A DNA stretch of 64,000 nt, from the NCBI GenBank assembly GCA_039638495.1, contig JBDIWN010000001.1:1582-65581 (forward strand), read 5' to 3'. The DNA is from Candidatus Profundicultor thermophilus (lineage in GTDB: Bacteria; Atribacterota; Atribacteria; Atribacterales; Caldatribacteriaceae). Positions 17,676-27,447 of this stretch are shown here, piece by piece. Each line of letters starts with the position of its first letter. The stretch's first letter is position 1. The notes beneath the pieces are model-generated. The model had not been told where the DNA came from. It saw only the letters and a program-made list of their open reading frames with translations, and made no database searches. The position numbers and the translations under genes are program-made.

Positions 17676-18907
17676 GCGTCATTGTGCAGAAGTACGGTGG
17701 TTCTTCAGTGGCAGATCTGGATAAAATTCATTTTGTGGCGGAGAAGGTGAAAAAATACTGGCAGGCCGGCCATAAATTGGTGGTGGTGGTTTCAGCGATG
17801 GGGAAAACCACTGATACCTTGCTTTCTATGGCTCACTCTATTTGTTCTTCTCCACCGGAACGAGAACTGGATATGCTCCTTGCCACAGGCGAACAGGTCT
17901 CGGTGGCGCTACTCTGTATGGCACTTTTTGCAAGAGGGGTTCGCGCTATTTCTCTCACTGGTGGACAGGCAGGCATTATCACCACCGGAATGCACACCAA
18001 GGCGAAAATTGTCCACATTGAGGTGAGCCGGATCTTAAAGTATCTTGAGGAAGGTCAAGTCGTGGTTGTGGCGGGTTTTCAGGGAAAAACAGCCAATGAG
18101 GATATCACCACCTTGGGAAGAGGAGGAAGTGACACTACTGCCTGCGCTTTGGCGGCAGCTTTGGGGGCTGATTTTTGCGAGATTTACACTGACGTGAATG
18201 GAGTATATACGGCTGATCCTCGGGTTGTTCCTGAAGCTCGCAAAATCCCCTCCATTTCTTATGATGAGATGTCCGAGATGGCGAACCTGGGAGCCAAAGT
18301 TCTTCAACTTCGAGCCGTCGATTTTTCTCAGCGCTACGGTGTGCGCGTTCATGTTCGTTCCACGTTCTGTGAGGATGAAGGAACCTGGGTCGAGGAGGTC
18401 GAAGTGATGGAGGATGTGAAAGTAAAGGCGGTAACGCATACCAAAGAAGTGATGAAAGTGGTACTTCTGGGGGTTCCCAACCAACCTGGAGTGGCGGCTT
18501 CTATCTTTAAGGTGTTGGCTGATTTTTCAGTTTTTATCGATATGATCATCCAGAGTGAAGGTCGGGGAGTGGAAAAAGATGTGGCCTTTGTGGTTGCCAA
18601 AGAGGATGAGGGAAAGGCCCGAAGAGCGGTGGCGCATCTTGGGGAAATGATTTCTTTTCGGGAGGCCAAATTTGACGATTCCATGGGAAAAATATCCATT
18701 GTTGGTGCTGGCATTGCCAGTGATCCCAGAATTGCCTATCGGATGTTCAGTGCTCTAGCGCGAACTGGTGCGAATATTGATATGATCAGCACCTCAAATT
18801 TGCGGATTTCCTGTCTCATTCCTCGGGACCGGGTGGAAGAGGCGGTCAGGGTTCTGCATGAAGAATTCATTGGAGAAGGAGAGGTGATTTTAAATGGCGA
18901 ATCATAA
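17672..18907 (+). CDS. lysC: Aspartate kinase
   Basis: ATGA overlap with thrB. N-terminal VQKYGGSSV, kinase core, and two ACT-like repeats in the C-terminal third. Confidence 0.9.
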   Translation: MSVIVQKYGGSSVADLDKIHFVAEKVKKYWQAGHKLVVVVSAMGKTTDTLLSMAHSICSSPPERELDMLLATGEQVSVALLCMALFARGVRAISLTGGQAGIITTGMHTKAKIVHIEVSRILKYLEEGQVVVVAGFQGKTANEDITTLGRGGSDTTACALAAALGADFCEIYTDVNGVYTADPRVVPEARKIPSISYDEMSEMANLGAKVLQLRAVDFSQRYGVRVHVRSTFCEDEGTWVEEVEVMEDVKVKAVTHTKEVMKVVLLGVPNQPGVAASIFKVLADFSVFIDMIIQSEGRGVEKDVAFVVAKEDEGKARRAVAHLGEMISFREAKFDDSMGKISIVGAGIASDPRIAYRMFSALARTGANIDMISTSNLRISCLIPRDRVEEAVRVLHEEFIGEGEVILNGES

Positions 18908-19913
18908 CGTAGCCATTGTAGGAGTTACTGGAGCCGTTGGTCAGGAGATGCTCAGAATCCTTGAGGAACGGAATTTCCCGGTGAGAGAGCTCAGACCACT
19001 GGCTTCAGAGCGTTCTCGGGGAAAGAGGGTCGTTTTTAAGGGGGTTGAAATTCCGGTTGAGGTACTCTCTCGAGAAAGTTTTCGAGGCGTAGATTTGGCC
19101 CTTTTCAGTGCCGGAGCTTCCATCAGTCGAGAGTTTGCCCCTCTGGCAGTAGAGTCAGGATGTATTGTGGTGGATAATTCTTCGGCTTTTCGTTACGAAG
19201 AGGATGTACCGCTTGTGGTGCCCGAGGTTAATCATCACCGGGTTCGAGATTATAAGAAAAGGGGTATTATTGCGAATCCGAACTGCACCACAATTATCTC
19301 CATTGTTCCTTTAAAACCCTTGCACGACTACGGAAAAATCCAGAGGATGGTTGTTTCCAGTTACCAGGCGACCTCTGGAGCGGGAGCCCAGGCTATGCTT
19401 GAGCTTGAGGAGCAGGTGAAAAACTATGTTGAGGGGAAAAACCTCACAGCCAAAGCTTTTCCTTATCAGATTGCTTTTAACCTCATTCCCCACATTGATG
19501 TGTTTTTGGAAAATGGCTATACCAAGGAAGAGATGAAAATGGTCTGGGAAACTCGCAAAATCATGGAGGCTCCAGAAGTGAGGATTACGGCAACCTGCGT
19601 TCGGGTTCCAGTATTTCGAGCGCACTCGGTTTCCATAAACATTGAGACGGAGGAGAAAATTTCTCGCCAAAAGGCTGTTGAATTGCTCTCTCAGGCTCCT
19701 GGAGTGAAAGTGCTCGATGACCCAGCAAGCCGGAAATATCCCATGCCCCTTTATGTTGCTGGCCAGGATGAATGTTTTGTGGGTAGGATTCGGGAAGATA
19801 TTTCCTGTGAGAAAGGTCTCAATCTCTGGGTGGTGGGAGATCAGCTTCGCAAAGGTGCGGCACTCAACGCCATCCAGATTGCTGAACTGCTCCTTCAGGA
19901 AGGGTGTTTGTAG
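18894..19913 (+). CDS. asd: Aspartate-semialdehyde dehydrogenase
   Basis: NAD(P) loop VGVTGAVGQ, active-site NPNCTT, and the SGAG and RVPV...HS segments. Confidence 0.9.
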   Translation: MANHNVAIVGVTGAVGQEMLRILEERNFPVRELRPLASERSRGKRVVFKGVEIPVEVLSRESFRGVDLALFSAGASISREFAPLAVESGCIVVDNSSAFRYEEDVPLVVPEVNHHRVRDYKKRGIIANPNCTTIISIVPLKPLHDYGKIQRMVVSSYQATSGAGAQAMLELEEQVKNYVEGKNLTAKAFPYQIAFNLIPHIDVFLENGYTKEEMKMVWETRKIMEAPEVRITATCVRVPVFRAHSVSINIETEEKISRQKAVELLSQAPGVKVLDDPASRKYPMPLYVAGQDECFVGRIREDISCEKGLNLWVVGDQLRKGAALNAIQIAELLLQEGCL

Positions 19914-19917
19914 TTCA

Positions 19918-19946
19918 TTGCAAAGCGGTGTTTAAAACGGTACAAT
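19918..19946 (+). promoter_or_regulatory. Sigma70-type promoter for tRNA-Leu
   Basis: TTGCAA (19918-19923), a 17-nt spacer, then TACAAT (19941-19946), ending 10 nt before the mature tRNA 5' end. Confidence 0.65.
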
Positions 19947-19956
19947 GAAAAAGAGA

Positions 19957-20042
19957 GCGAGAGTGGCGGAATGGAAGACGCGCTGGACTTAGGATCCAGT
20001 GGGTTAAATCCCATGCGGGTTCAACTCCCGCCTCTCGCACCA
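19957..20042 (+). tRNA. tRNA-Leu, anticodon UAG, type II (long variable arm), CCA encoded
   Basis: Folded by hand. Acceptor GCGAGAG/CTCTCGC; anticodon stem CTGGA/TCCAG with loop CTTAGGA; variable arm GGG..CCC; T-arm GCGGG-TTCAACT-CCCGC; discriminator A, then CCA. Confidence 0.9.
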
Positions 20043-20090
20043 GATTATTCAGTGGGTTGATTTCAGAGTGTAATCAAGCCCTTCAAAAGT

Positions 20091-20119
20091 TTGACACAGG
20101 ACCTGAGAAAATATAAAAT
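20091..20119 (+). promoter_or_regulatory. Consensus sigma70-type promoter upstream of tig
   Basis: TTGACA (20091-20096), exactly 17 nt, then TAAAAT (20114-20119). Confidence 0.7.
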
Positions 20120-20185
20120 GGGCAGGAGTTGTAATCGATTTTCGCAGAGGTAGTTGGTGTCCAGTTTTGGATAGAGAACTTGTGC

Positions 20186-20218
20186 ATACCTCGATGGTGC
20201 CATCGAGGTATATTTTTG
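20186..20218 (+). terminator. Terminator-like hairpin plus T-run inside the tig 5' leader
   Basis: Perfect 12-nt inverted repeat ATACCTCGATGG / CCATCGAGGTAT (20186-20197 and 20200-20211) followed by ATTTTTG. It lies between the promoter and the tig RBS. Confidence 0.55.
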
Positions 20219-20241
20219 CTGTTCAGGAAGGTGGAGTGGAC

Positions 20242-21549
20242 ATGGTAGAGGTTAAGAGGGAAGAAAAGGAGAGGCATGTTTATCATCTTGAGATTACAGT
20301 GGAAGAAGAACGAGTGAAAGAAGCGTTGAAAGAGGTGTACCGGGATTTTGCCCACCGGGTGAATATCCCTGGGTTCAGAAAGGGTAAAGCGCCTCGCGGG
20401 ATTCTACAAGCGTATGTGGGGAAAGGAGCCATTCTTGAAGCTTTGGCTCGGGTGCTTATTCCCCAGGTGATGGAGGAGGTTTTGAGAAAGGAAAATATTG
20501 ATGTGATTGGAGAACCAGAGATAGAAGTTGTTCAGGTTGACGAGGAGAAACCGTTGGTTTTCCGTTTGCAGGTCATGGAAAGCCCAGCTGTGACCCTTCC
20601 AGATCCTAAAGAACTGGAAGTTCGTAAATACCGTCTGGAAGTCCGGGAATCAGATGTGGAACGAGAATTGGAACGATTGCGAAATTCTCGTGGTAGCTGG
20701 GAGGATAAGGAACCAGAGAGCGAGGCCGTAGTCGGGGATCTGGTAAAATTTACCGTGGAGAGTCGGGATTACACGGTTCTTGCCCATGATACCGAGGATG
20801 GAGACACGATTGGAAGAGAAGTTGTAGGGATGAAAGTGGGAGAAAAGAAGAAGGTTTCACTGAAAGATTCTGAAGGACATGATGTTGAAGTTGAATTGCA
20901 GGTCACCGGTCTCATGGAAAAGAAGATTCCTGAGCTTGGTGCAGAATTCTTGCAAAGCCTGGGAGAAGAGTTCGATTCGGTGGAAGCCCTGAAAGAAAAA
21001 ATCCGGGGGAGTCTGGAGCGAGTTGCCTTGGACCTTGCTGAAGAGCGTTTTCAACAGGAAGCACTGGTAGCACTATGCAAAAATTCCGAACTCCACATTC
21101 CTGAGCCTCTCGTTGATATTGAAACCAGACACCGAATTGATGCCTTCAAAGAACAGCTAGAAAAAGATGGTTTGACGCTGGAGCGATATCTGGAGTTGAC
21201 TGGTAACGATTTTGCCAAGGTGGAAAAGGAATTACAAAAACTGGCTCACTGGAATCTCAAGAAGTTTTTTGTCCTGAAAGAGTATGCCAAGAAATATGCA
21301 ATTGAAGTCACCGAAAAGGATTTAGCGGAAGAAATAGAGCGCCTTGCTCGAGTGTCAGGGAAAACTCCAGAGGCGGTACGGGAGATTCTGGAAAGAAATG
21401 ATAAAATAGAGGAAGTCAAGGAACGCTTGAGAACTCAGAAGCTCTTGAAAGACCTTGGCGCTCGGGTCAGAGTAAAGGAATTACCCGAAGCCGTGAATTT
21501 TGACCAATGGAGAGCGCTGGAGAATCCGGAAGAGGAGATGATCGCATGA
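20242..21549 (+). CDS. tig: Trigger factor
   Basis: Start at ATG 20242 (RBS GGAAGGTGGAG). Ribosome-binding signature GFRKGKAP. The overall N-domain / PPIase-like / C-domain length fits. Confidence 0.9.
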   Translation: MVEVKREEKERHVYHLEITVEEERVKEALKEVYRDFAHRVNIPGFRKGKAPRGILQAYVGKGAILEALARVLIPQVMEEVLRKENIDVIGEPEIEVVQVDEEKPLVFRLQVMESPAVTLPDPKELEVRKYRLEVRESDVERELERLRNSRGSWEDKEPESEAVVGDLVKFTVESRDYTVLAHDTEDGDTIGREVVGMKVGEKKKVSLKDSEGHDVEVELQVTGLMEKKIPELGAEFLQSLGEEFDSVEALKEKIRGSLERVALDLAEERFQQEALVALCKNSELHIPEPLVDIETRHRIDAFKEQLEKDGLTLERYLELTGNDFAKVEKELQKLAHWNLKKFFVLKEYAKKYAIEVTEKDLAEEIERLARVSGKTPEAVREILERNDKIEEVKERLRTQKLLKDLGARVRVKELPEAVNFDQWRALENPEEEMIA

Positions 21550-22169
21550 GTTATCTTGTTCCAATTGTGGTGGAACAAACTCCTCGTGGAGAGCGGGCAT
21601 ATGATATTTATTCCCGTCTTTTGCAGGATCGAATTGTGTTTTTGGGAACCGAAATTGATGATACGGTGGCGAATCTCATCATTGCCCAGCTCCTATTCCT
21701 TGAGGCGATGAACAAGGAGAAAGATATCAACCTCTATATCAACAGTCCCGGTGGTTCGGTTTCAGCGACCCTAGCCATCTATGACACCATTCAGTACATT
21801 AAGCCGGATGTAGCCACCATTTGCATTGGTCAGGCAGCCAGTGGCGCGGCGGTGATTCTTGCTGCTGGGACCAGAGGGAAAAGAATGGCTCTACCGAATT
21901 CCCGAATTATGATCCATCAGCCTCTGGGTGGGGCTCAGGGACAGGTTTCAGACATTGAAATCCATGCTCGGGAAATGGTGAAGATTCGAGAAAAGTTGAA
22001 TGTCATTCTCTCGTCCCATACTGGCCAGGCGATCGAAAAGATACGCCGGGATACGGAGAGAGATTTCTTTATGTCATCCGAGGAAGCAAGGGAATATGGT
22101 TTGATTGATCGGGTTCTGTACCCCAAAGAAGAAGGCAAAGGAGAATCAAAAGAGGATGCCGAAGTCTGA
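21546..22169 (+). CDS. clpP: ATP-dependent Clp protease proteolytic subunit
   Basis: ATGA overlap with tig. [26 protein letters not shown] start, catalytic Ser region GQAASGAAV, and IHQP His region. Confidence 0.95.
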   Translation: MSYLVPIVVEQTPRGERAYDIYSRLLQDRIVFLGTEIDDTVANLIIAQLLFLEAMNKEKDINLYINSPGGSVSATLAIYDTIQYIKPDVATICIGQAASGAAVILAAGTRGKRMALPNSRIMIHQPLGGAQGQVSDIEIHAREMVKIREKLNVILSSHTGQAIEKIRRDTERDFFMSSEEAREYGLIDRVLYPKEEGKGESKEDAEV

Positions 22170-23403
22170 GGAGGAAAAAGCGAGGTTGCGTTGTTCTTTT
22201 TGTGGGAAGAATCAGTCAGAGGTTAAAAAGCTGATCGCTGGTCCAGGTGTCTATATATGTAATGAATGTATTGAACTCTGTAACGAAATTCTGAAAGAAG
22301 ATGCTCGGAATAAGAAAAAGGATTTCGTTCTGGAAGAACTTCCTTCACCTAAAAAGATCAAAGCGTTTCTGGATCAATATGTGGTCGGTCAGGAAAAAGC
22401 CAAGGTTGTCCTCTCGGTGGCTGTTTATAATCACTATAAACGGATTGCTCAGTCCGCTGAAGGGGATGTGGAGATTGAAAAAAGCAACATCCTGCTTCTT
22501 GGCCCTACTGGTTCGGGGAAGACGCTTCTGGCTAAAACTCTAGCCAGATTTTTAAATGTTCCCTTTGCCATTGCTGATGCCACTACGTTGACCGAGGCTG
22601 GATATGTGGGAGAAGACGTCGAGAACATTCTTCTGCGACTGATTCAGAATGCCAATTTTGACGTGAAGAGGGCTGAGAAAGGAATTGTGTATATCGATGA
22701 AATCGACAAAATTGCTCGCAAAAGTGATAGCCCTTCTATTACCCGTGATGTTTCGGGAGAGGGGGTACAACAAGCACTTTTGAAGATTCTGGAAGGAACC
22801 ATTGCCAATGTACCGCCTCAGGGGGGTAGAAAACATCCCCACCAGGAGTTTATCCAGATCAATACGGAGAATATCCTTTTCATTTGTGGCGGGGCGTTTG
22901 TGGGTCTGGAGAAAATTATCGAGAACCGTTTAAAGGACCGCAAAATTGGCTTTGGGGCAGAGGAACAATTTGGCAAAAAGACATCGCTTGATAACCCTCT
23001 GCACGAGGTCCAGCCTGAAGATTTACTCAAGTTTGGAATGATACCAGAATTTGTGGGTCGTGTCCCCGTTGTCTGTGCTCTGGATCCGCTCACTGAAAGT
23101 GATCTAGTGAGTATTCTTACGAATACCCGAAATAGCCTTGTCAAACAGTACCAGAAGTTATTTGCTATGGAAGGAGTTGAACTCACATTCACTCCTGAGG
23201 CGTTGCGACTCATCGCTCGTAAGGCGATTGAAAAGGGTACTGGCGCCCGGGGGTTGCGGACCATCATGGAGCGGATGATGATCGAGTTGATGTTTGAAAT
23301 TCCTTCGCGCAGGAACATGTTGAAGAGCGTGGTAATCGATGAGCGGGTGGTGGAATGTGGGCGATATTTCCCTGTCCTGGAAGAGGAAGAAAAATTGGCA
23401 TAA
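22156..23403 (+). CDS. clpX: ATP-dependent Clp protease ATP-binding subunit ClpX
   Basis: Zinc-binding CSFCGK...CNECIELC, Walker A GPTGSGKT, Walker [10 protein letters not shown]. The start at ATG 22156 overlaps the clpP end. Confidence 0.95.
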   Translation: MPKSEEEKARLRCSFCGKNQSEVKKLIAGPGVYICNECIELCNEILKEDARNKKKDFVLEELPSPKKIKAFLDQYVVGQEKAKVVLSVAVYNHYKRIAQSAEGDVEIEKSNILLLGPTGSGKTLLAKTLARFLNVPFAIADATTLTEAGYVGEDVENILLRLIQNANFDVKRAEKGIVYIDEIDKIARKSDSPSITRDVSGEGVQQALLKILEGTIANVPPQGGRKHPHQEFIQINTENILFICGGAFVGLEKIIENRLKDRKIGFGAEEQFGKKTSLDNPLHEVQPEDLLKFGMIPEFVGRVPVVCALDPLTESDLVSILTNTRNSLVKQYQKLFAMEGVELTFTPEALRLIARKAIEKGTGARGLRTIMERMMIELMFEIPSRRNMLKSVVIDERVVECGRYFPVLEEEEKLA

Positions 23404-23415
23404 AAGGAGCATTCC

Positions 23416-26055
23416 ATGAAAGAGAAATTGGTACTCTCTCAAGCCTTTGACCCGCGTTTGGTTGAAGAAAAGTGGTACAGCGTTTGGGAAAAGAAGGGGT
23501 ATTTCGCGCCGGCTCCTTCTGGTCAGCCTTTCTGTATTGTAATTCCTCCTCCGAACGTGACTGGCCATTTGCACATGGGTCATGCTTTGAATCTGACTCT
23601 GCAGGATATTGTGATCCGGTTTCGGCGTATGCAGGGATATCGAGCCCTGTGGATACCCGGAACCGATCACGCTGGCATTGCCACCCAAAATGTGGTGGAG
23701 AAAGAGCTGACCAAGGAGGGTGTGAGCCGGGAAGGACTGGGAAGAGCAAAATTCCTGGAGAGGGTCTGGGAATGGAAAGATCGGTATCACCGGAGAATCG
23801 TAGAGCAGTTAAAAAAGATGGGGGCTTCTTGTGATTGGGCAAGAGAGCGTTTCACCATGGATGAGGGGCTCTCCCAGGCGGTCAGAGAAGTATTTGTCCG
23901 CCTGTTTGAAGAGGGCTTAATCTATCAGGATGAGTATATTGTCAACTGGTGTCCTCGTTGTGCAACAGCATTGGCTGACATTGAAGTGGAATACGAAGAG
24001 CGTCCCTCGCATCTCTGGTATATTCGGTACCCCTTAAAGGGAGATTCCCATCGTTTCCTGGTTGTGGCAACCACAAGACCTGAGACCATGCTTGGAGATG
24101 TGGCTTTGGCGGTGAATCCAAACGATGAGCGTTATAAAAATTTCGTTGGCCAAATGGTCATCCTTCCTCTTATGAATCGAGAAATTCCGATTATTGCTGA
24201 CGAGTATGTGGATCCTGATTTTGGCACCGGGGTGCTCAAGGTTACTCCTGCTCATGATCCTCACGATTTTGAACTCGGGGAAAAGCATGGGTTGCCCCGG
24301 GTCCGGGTTCTTGACGCTCGGGGTGTTATGACTGAGGAAGCTGGACGATTTGCCGGACTTCCTCGAGAGGTAGCTCGCCAGAAGGTGGTGGAGGCACTCC
24401 AGGAGGAGGAGTTGCTCGAGAAAATCGAAGATTACACCCATTCGGTTGGTCACTGTTACCGGTGTGGGACCGTTATTGAACCCCTGATTTCGAAGCAATG
24501 GTTCGTAAAAATGAAAGGTCTTGCCGAAGGTGCAATCCGAGCGGTTCAGGATGGACGGATAGAATTTGTTCCAGAGCGCTGGTCGAAGGTGTACTTTGAG
24601 TGGATGGAGAACATTAAAGACTGGTGTATCTCCCGGCAAATTTGGTGGGGACATCGCATTCCGGTTTTCTATTGCCGAGATTGTGAATATGTTTTCGCTC
24701 ATCGCCATGATCCGGAAAGCTGCCCCCGCTGTGGAGGGCCAGTTGTCCAGGATGAAGATGTTCTTGATACCTGGTTTAGCTCTGCGTTGTGGCCTTTTTC
24801 TACTTTAGGTTGGCCTGAGGATACTGAAGATCTGCAGACTTTTTATCCCACCTCGCTTCTTGTAACTGGGTTTGATATCATCTTTTTCTGGGTGGCACGA
24901 ATGATCATGATGGGGCTCAAATTCATGAGTGACATTCCCTTTCGCAAAGTGTACATTACTCCTCTGGTGCGGGACGAAAAAGGAAAAAAGATGAGTAAAT
25001 CTTTGGGGAATACCATTGATCCCTTGGAGGTGGTTGAGCAATACGGTGCCGATGCCTTGCGTTTTGCATTGGCCTGGCTTACGGTTCAGGGGCGGGACAT
25101 TCATCTTTCTTTGCGTCGAGTGGAAGCAGCGCGCAATTTCATGAATAAATTATGGAATGCATCTCGTTTTGTGTTGATGAATTTGGACGATTTTGAGTTG
25201 TTACCCTGGTCTTCTTGGGATGCTTTGGACCTCAAGGACCGCTGGATTCTCTCCCGATTCCACCGAGTGATTAGGGAGACTACCCAGGAGCTTGAAAATC
25301 TGAATTTTGGGCAGTATGTTCAGCTCATTTATGATTTTGTATGGGGCGAGTACTGTGACTGGTACCTCGAATGGGCCAAAGAGGACCTCTACCGTGGTGA
25401 TGAGAAGACACGGCGTAAGACGCAAAATGTTCTGGTTTTTATTTTAAATGGTATTTTGAGAATCTTACACCCTGTGGCACCGTTCATTACCGAGGAAGTC
25501 TGGAGTAGTCTTCCAAGGAATGAGGAGGAAAACTTAATCGTCGTTTCCTGGCCTGTCGCGACGGGAGAAAGCGATGAAGAAGCTGAAAAGGCGGTAAAAG
25601 TAATCCAGGAAATCGTTCGGGAAATACGGTATCTTCGGGCTGAACTCCGTATTGCTCCGGCAGAGAAATGTCGGGTGCAGCTGAATTTCTCTGCCGGCAA
25701 TCTTTTGGAGCGCTTGCGTTATGGTGAACGGTATATCGAGCAACTGGCAAAGTGTACCGTCGAAGAAATGGATTTTGAGATTGCAAAACCCCGACATGTG
25801 GCTACAGGAAGAATTCCAGGGGTGGATGTCTATCTTTTGGTCGAAGGCTTAGTGGACGTAGAAAGGGAACTGGAAAGGTTAGAAAAGAAGATATTAGGTG
25901 TTGACGTGGAAATCGAACGCATAAAGAGTAAACTTGAAAACCAGGATTTCCTCAATCGGGCTCCTCAGGAAGTTGTGGAGAGGGAAAAGGAACGCTGGCA
26001 AACACTTCTTGAAGAGAAAAGGAGATTGGAGATTCTGAGGGCGGGGATGCGATGA
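23416..26055 (+). CDS. valS: Valine--tRNA ligase
   Basis: Class I signatures PNVTGHLHMGHAL and KMSKSLGN, an editing-domain-sized insertion, and a C-terminal coiled coil. Confidence 0.95.
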   Translation: MKEKLVLSQAFDPRLVEEKWYSVWEKKGYFAPAPSGQPFCIVIPPPNVTGHLHMGHALNLTLQDIVIRFRRMQGYRALWIPGTDHAGIATQNVVEKELTKEGVSREGLGRAKFLERVWEWKDRYHRRIVEQLKKMGASCDWARERFTMDEGLSQAVREVFVRLFEEGLIYQDEYIVNWCPRCATALADIEVEYEERPSHLWYIRYPLKGDSHRFLVVATTRPETMLGDVALAVNPNDERYKNFVGQMVILPLMNREIPIIADEYVDPDFGTGVLKVTPAHDPHDFELGEKHGLPRVRVLDARGVMTEEAGRFAGLPREVARQKVVEALQEEELLEKIEDYTHSVGHCYRCGTVIEPLISKQWFVKMKGLAEGAIRAVQDGRIEFVPERWSKVYFEWMENIKDWCISRQIWWGHRIPVFYCRDCEYVFAHRHDPESCPRCGGPVVQDEDVLDTWFSSALWPFSTLGWPEDTEDLQTFYPTSLLVTGFDIIFFWVARMIMMGLKFMSDIPFRKVYITPLVRDEKGKKMSKSLGNTIDPLEVVEQYGADALRFALAWLTVQGRDIHLSLRRVEAARNFMNKLWNASRFVLMNLDDFELLPWSSWDALDLKDRWILSRFHRVIRETTQELENLNFGQYVQLIYDFVWGEYCDWYLEWAKEDLYRGDEKTRRKTQNVLVFILNGILRILHPVAPFITEEVWSSLPRNEEENLIVVSWPVATGESDEEAEKAVKVIQEIVREIRYLRAELRIAPAEKCRVQLNFSAGNLLERLRYGERYIEQLAKCTVEEMDFEIAKPRHVATGRIPGVDVYLLVEGLVDVERELERLEKKILGVDVEIERIKSKLENQDFLNRAPQEVVEREKERWQTLLEEKRRLEILRAGMR

Positions 26056-26621
26056 AGCTTTTTTCCTTTTTATCGCGTCGGGATAAAGTGGAACTCCTGG
26101 CCATTTTTTTGGGAGGACTGGTGGTGGTGGTCTTTGCCTTTTTTATGGCTCGAGGAGATCTCGATGCGTACGTGGAGGTTCTCTTGAAAGAGAGCATACC
26201 AGAGGAAGGAGGAACTCCTTTTTCTCCTGAAGTGCTTAATGAAGAGGTGGTAGAGGACCAAGAAACTCTTGCGAGTTTTCTGACTTCTCCTTCACCTTTT
26301 ACCATTCCCCGGGAAGAGCCGCCAACGATACCATTAGCCACTGAGCAACCAACCACTGTCCCATCTCCTTCTTTCCTACCGCAGCCTTCTCCTCGTGCGA
26401 CTCCCAGAGGAACGTTTTATGTCCAGGTGGGGGCATTCTCCAAGGAGAGCAATGCTCAGGGTATGGTTGCAACACTCAAGGGTCTCGGCTATTCAGGAAC
26501 CATAGAAAAGGTTTCTTCGCTTTATCGGGTACGGATATATGGTTTTTCCTCTCTGGAGGAGGCGCAAAAAGCGGTGAATCGTTTGAGAGCTCGGGGTATT
26601 GAAGCTTTTGTCAGTAAATAA
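26052..26621 (+). CDS. SPOR-domain membrane protein
   Basis: ATGA overlap with valS. N-terminal TM (LLAIFLGGLVVVVFAFFMA), Pro-rich linker, and a C-terminal SPOR-like domain (FYVQVGAFSKESNAQGMVATLKGLGY...YRVRIYGFSSLEEAQKAVNRLRARG). Confidence 0.75.
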   Translation: MKLFSFLSRRDKVELLAIFLGGLVVVVFAFFMARGDLDAYVEVLLKESIPEEGGTPFSPEVLNEEVVEDQETLASFLTSPSPFTIPREEPPTIPLATEQPTTVPSPSFLPQPSPRATPRGTFYVQVGAFSKESNAQGMVATLKGLGYSGTIEKVSSLYRVRIYGFSSLEEAQKAVNRLRARGIEAFVSK

Positions 26622-26631
26622 GGAGAGGGCG

Positions 26632-26994
26632 ATGACTCTTAAAGAAGTCAAAGAGATTCTGGGGGCCGAAGTTCTGGTAGGGGAAGCATTTTTGCAACGC
26701 GAAATTTGGTATGCTTGTGGGAGTGATTTGCTGAGCGATGTTTTGGCATTTGCCAAGGAACACGCACTTTTGTTAACTGGTTTGACCAATTCTCAGGTCA
26801 TCCGCACTGCGGAAATGATTGACCTTTTGGGAATTGTCTTTGTCCGAGGAAAGAAGCCGGAACATTCGACCATTGAACTGGCCGCCCTGAAAGGGATACC
26901 TCTTCTCACCACTCGTCTTCCCATGTATGAATCTTGTGGGAGGCTGTATCTTAAGGGATTGAGGGGATGTAGCGAATTTGGCTCCAATGCTTGA
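26632..26994 (+). CDS. DRTGG-domain protein (copy 1)
   Basis: Start ATG 26632 after AAGGAGAGGG. Pattern LGAEVLVG...CGSDLLSDVLAF...LLLTGLTNSQVIRTAEM...IVFVRGKKP. It parallels the second copy at 28781. Confidence 0.6.
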   Translation: MTLKEVKEILGAEVLVGEAFLQREIWYACGSDLLSDVLAFAKEHALLLTGLTNSQVIRTAEMIDLLGIVFVRGKKPEHSTIELAALKGIPLLTTRLPMYESCGRLYLKGLRGCSEFGSNA

Positions 26995-27430
26995 GGAGCA
27001 TCCTCTAATCGAAATGGAAAGGGAGATTGTCGGTGGAGACTTTCAGCGGGCTGGTGATGTTTCCAGTGAGCTTAAAAATATCCTACAGCGAGCCGGATTT
27101 CCTCCAGCGTTTAATCGCCGGGTGGTCATTGCTTCTTATGAAGCGGAGATGAACGTGGTTATTCATGCGTATCGGGGTGTTTTCAAGGCCAGCGTGTATT
27201 CTGACCGGGTACATGTGGAAATTGACGATCAGGGTCCGGGTATTCCGGATCTGGAATTAGCTTTTCAGGAAGGGTATTCTACCGCTCCACCCCACATTCG
27301 AGAAATGGGTTTCGGAGCAGGATATGGGTTATCCAATATGAAAAAGTGTTCCGATGTGCTGACGATTGATACCCGGGTTCAGGAAGGAACAAAAGTGGTT
27401 ATGGATTTTTTCCTCTTTTCAAACTCATGA
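26978..27430 (+). CDS. GHKL-type ATPase, RsbW/SpoIIAB-like anti-sigma serine kinase fold
   Basis: N box EAEMNVVIHA, G1 box DDQGPGIPD, G2 box GFGAGYGLSN. Single-domain ~150-aa protein. It overlaps the upstream gene by 17 nt (TTG 26978) or 8 nt (ATG 26987). Confidence 0.7.
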   Translation: MAPMLEEHPLIEMEREIVGGDFQRAGDVSSELKNILQRAGFPPAFNRRVVIASYEAEMNVVIHAYRGVFKASVYSDRVHVEIDDQGPGIPDLELAFQEGYSTAPPHIREMGFGAGYGLSNMKKCSDVLTIDTRVQEGTKVVMDFFLFSNS

Positions 27431-27447
27431 TGAGCTGGTGAAAATCT

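Noticed and set aside
20167-20241. Upstream extension of the tig ORF (TTG 20167, MDRELVHTSMVPSRY...)
   Set aside because: It runs through the leader hairpin. A strong RBS precedes ATG 20242, and trigger factor homology starts at MVEVKREEK.
23158-24708. Long antisense ORFs opposite clpX/valS (23158-23790, 23264-23842, 24034-24708). Similar ones lie opposite the HAD gene (11642-12244), the hydrogenase-like gene (27865-28536), murC (40870-41388), lspA/rluD (49790-50431), rqcH (52030-52701) and yicC (53251-53934).
   Set aside because: Each is fully nested opposite a gene with strong motif support. They have no RBS or recognisable family features and have skewed, low-complexity composition (Ser/Pro/Arg-rich), typical of shadow ORFs.
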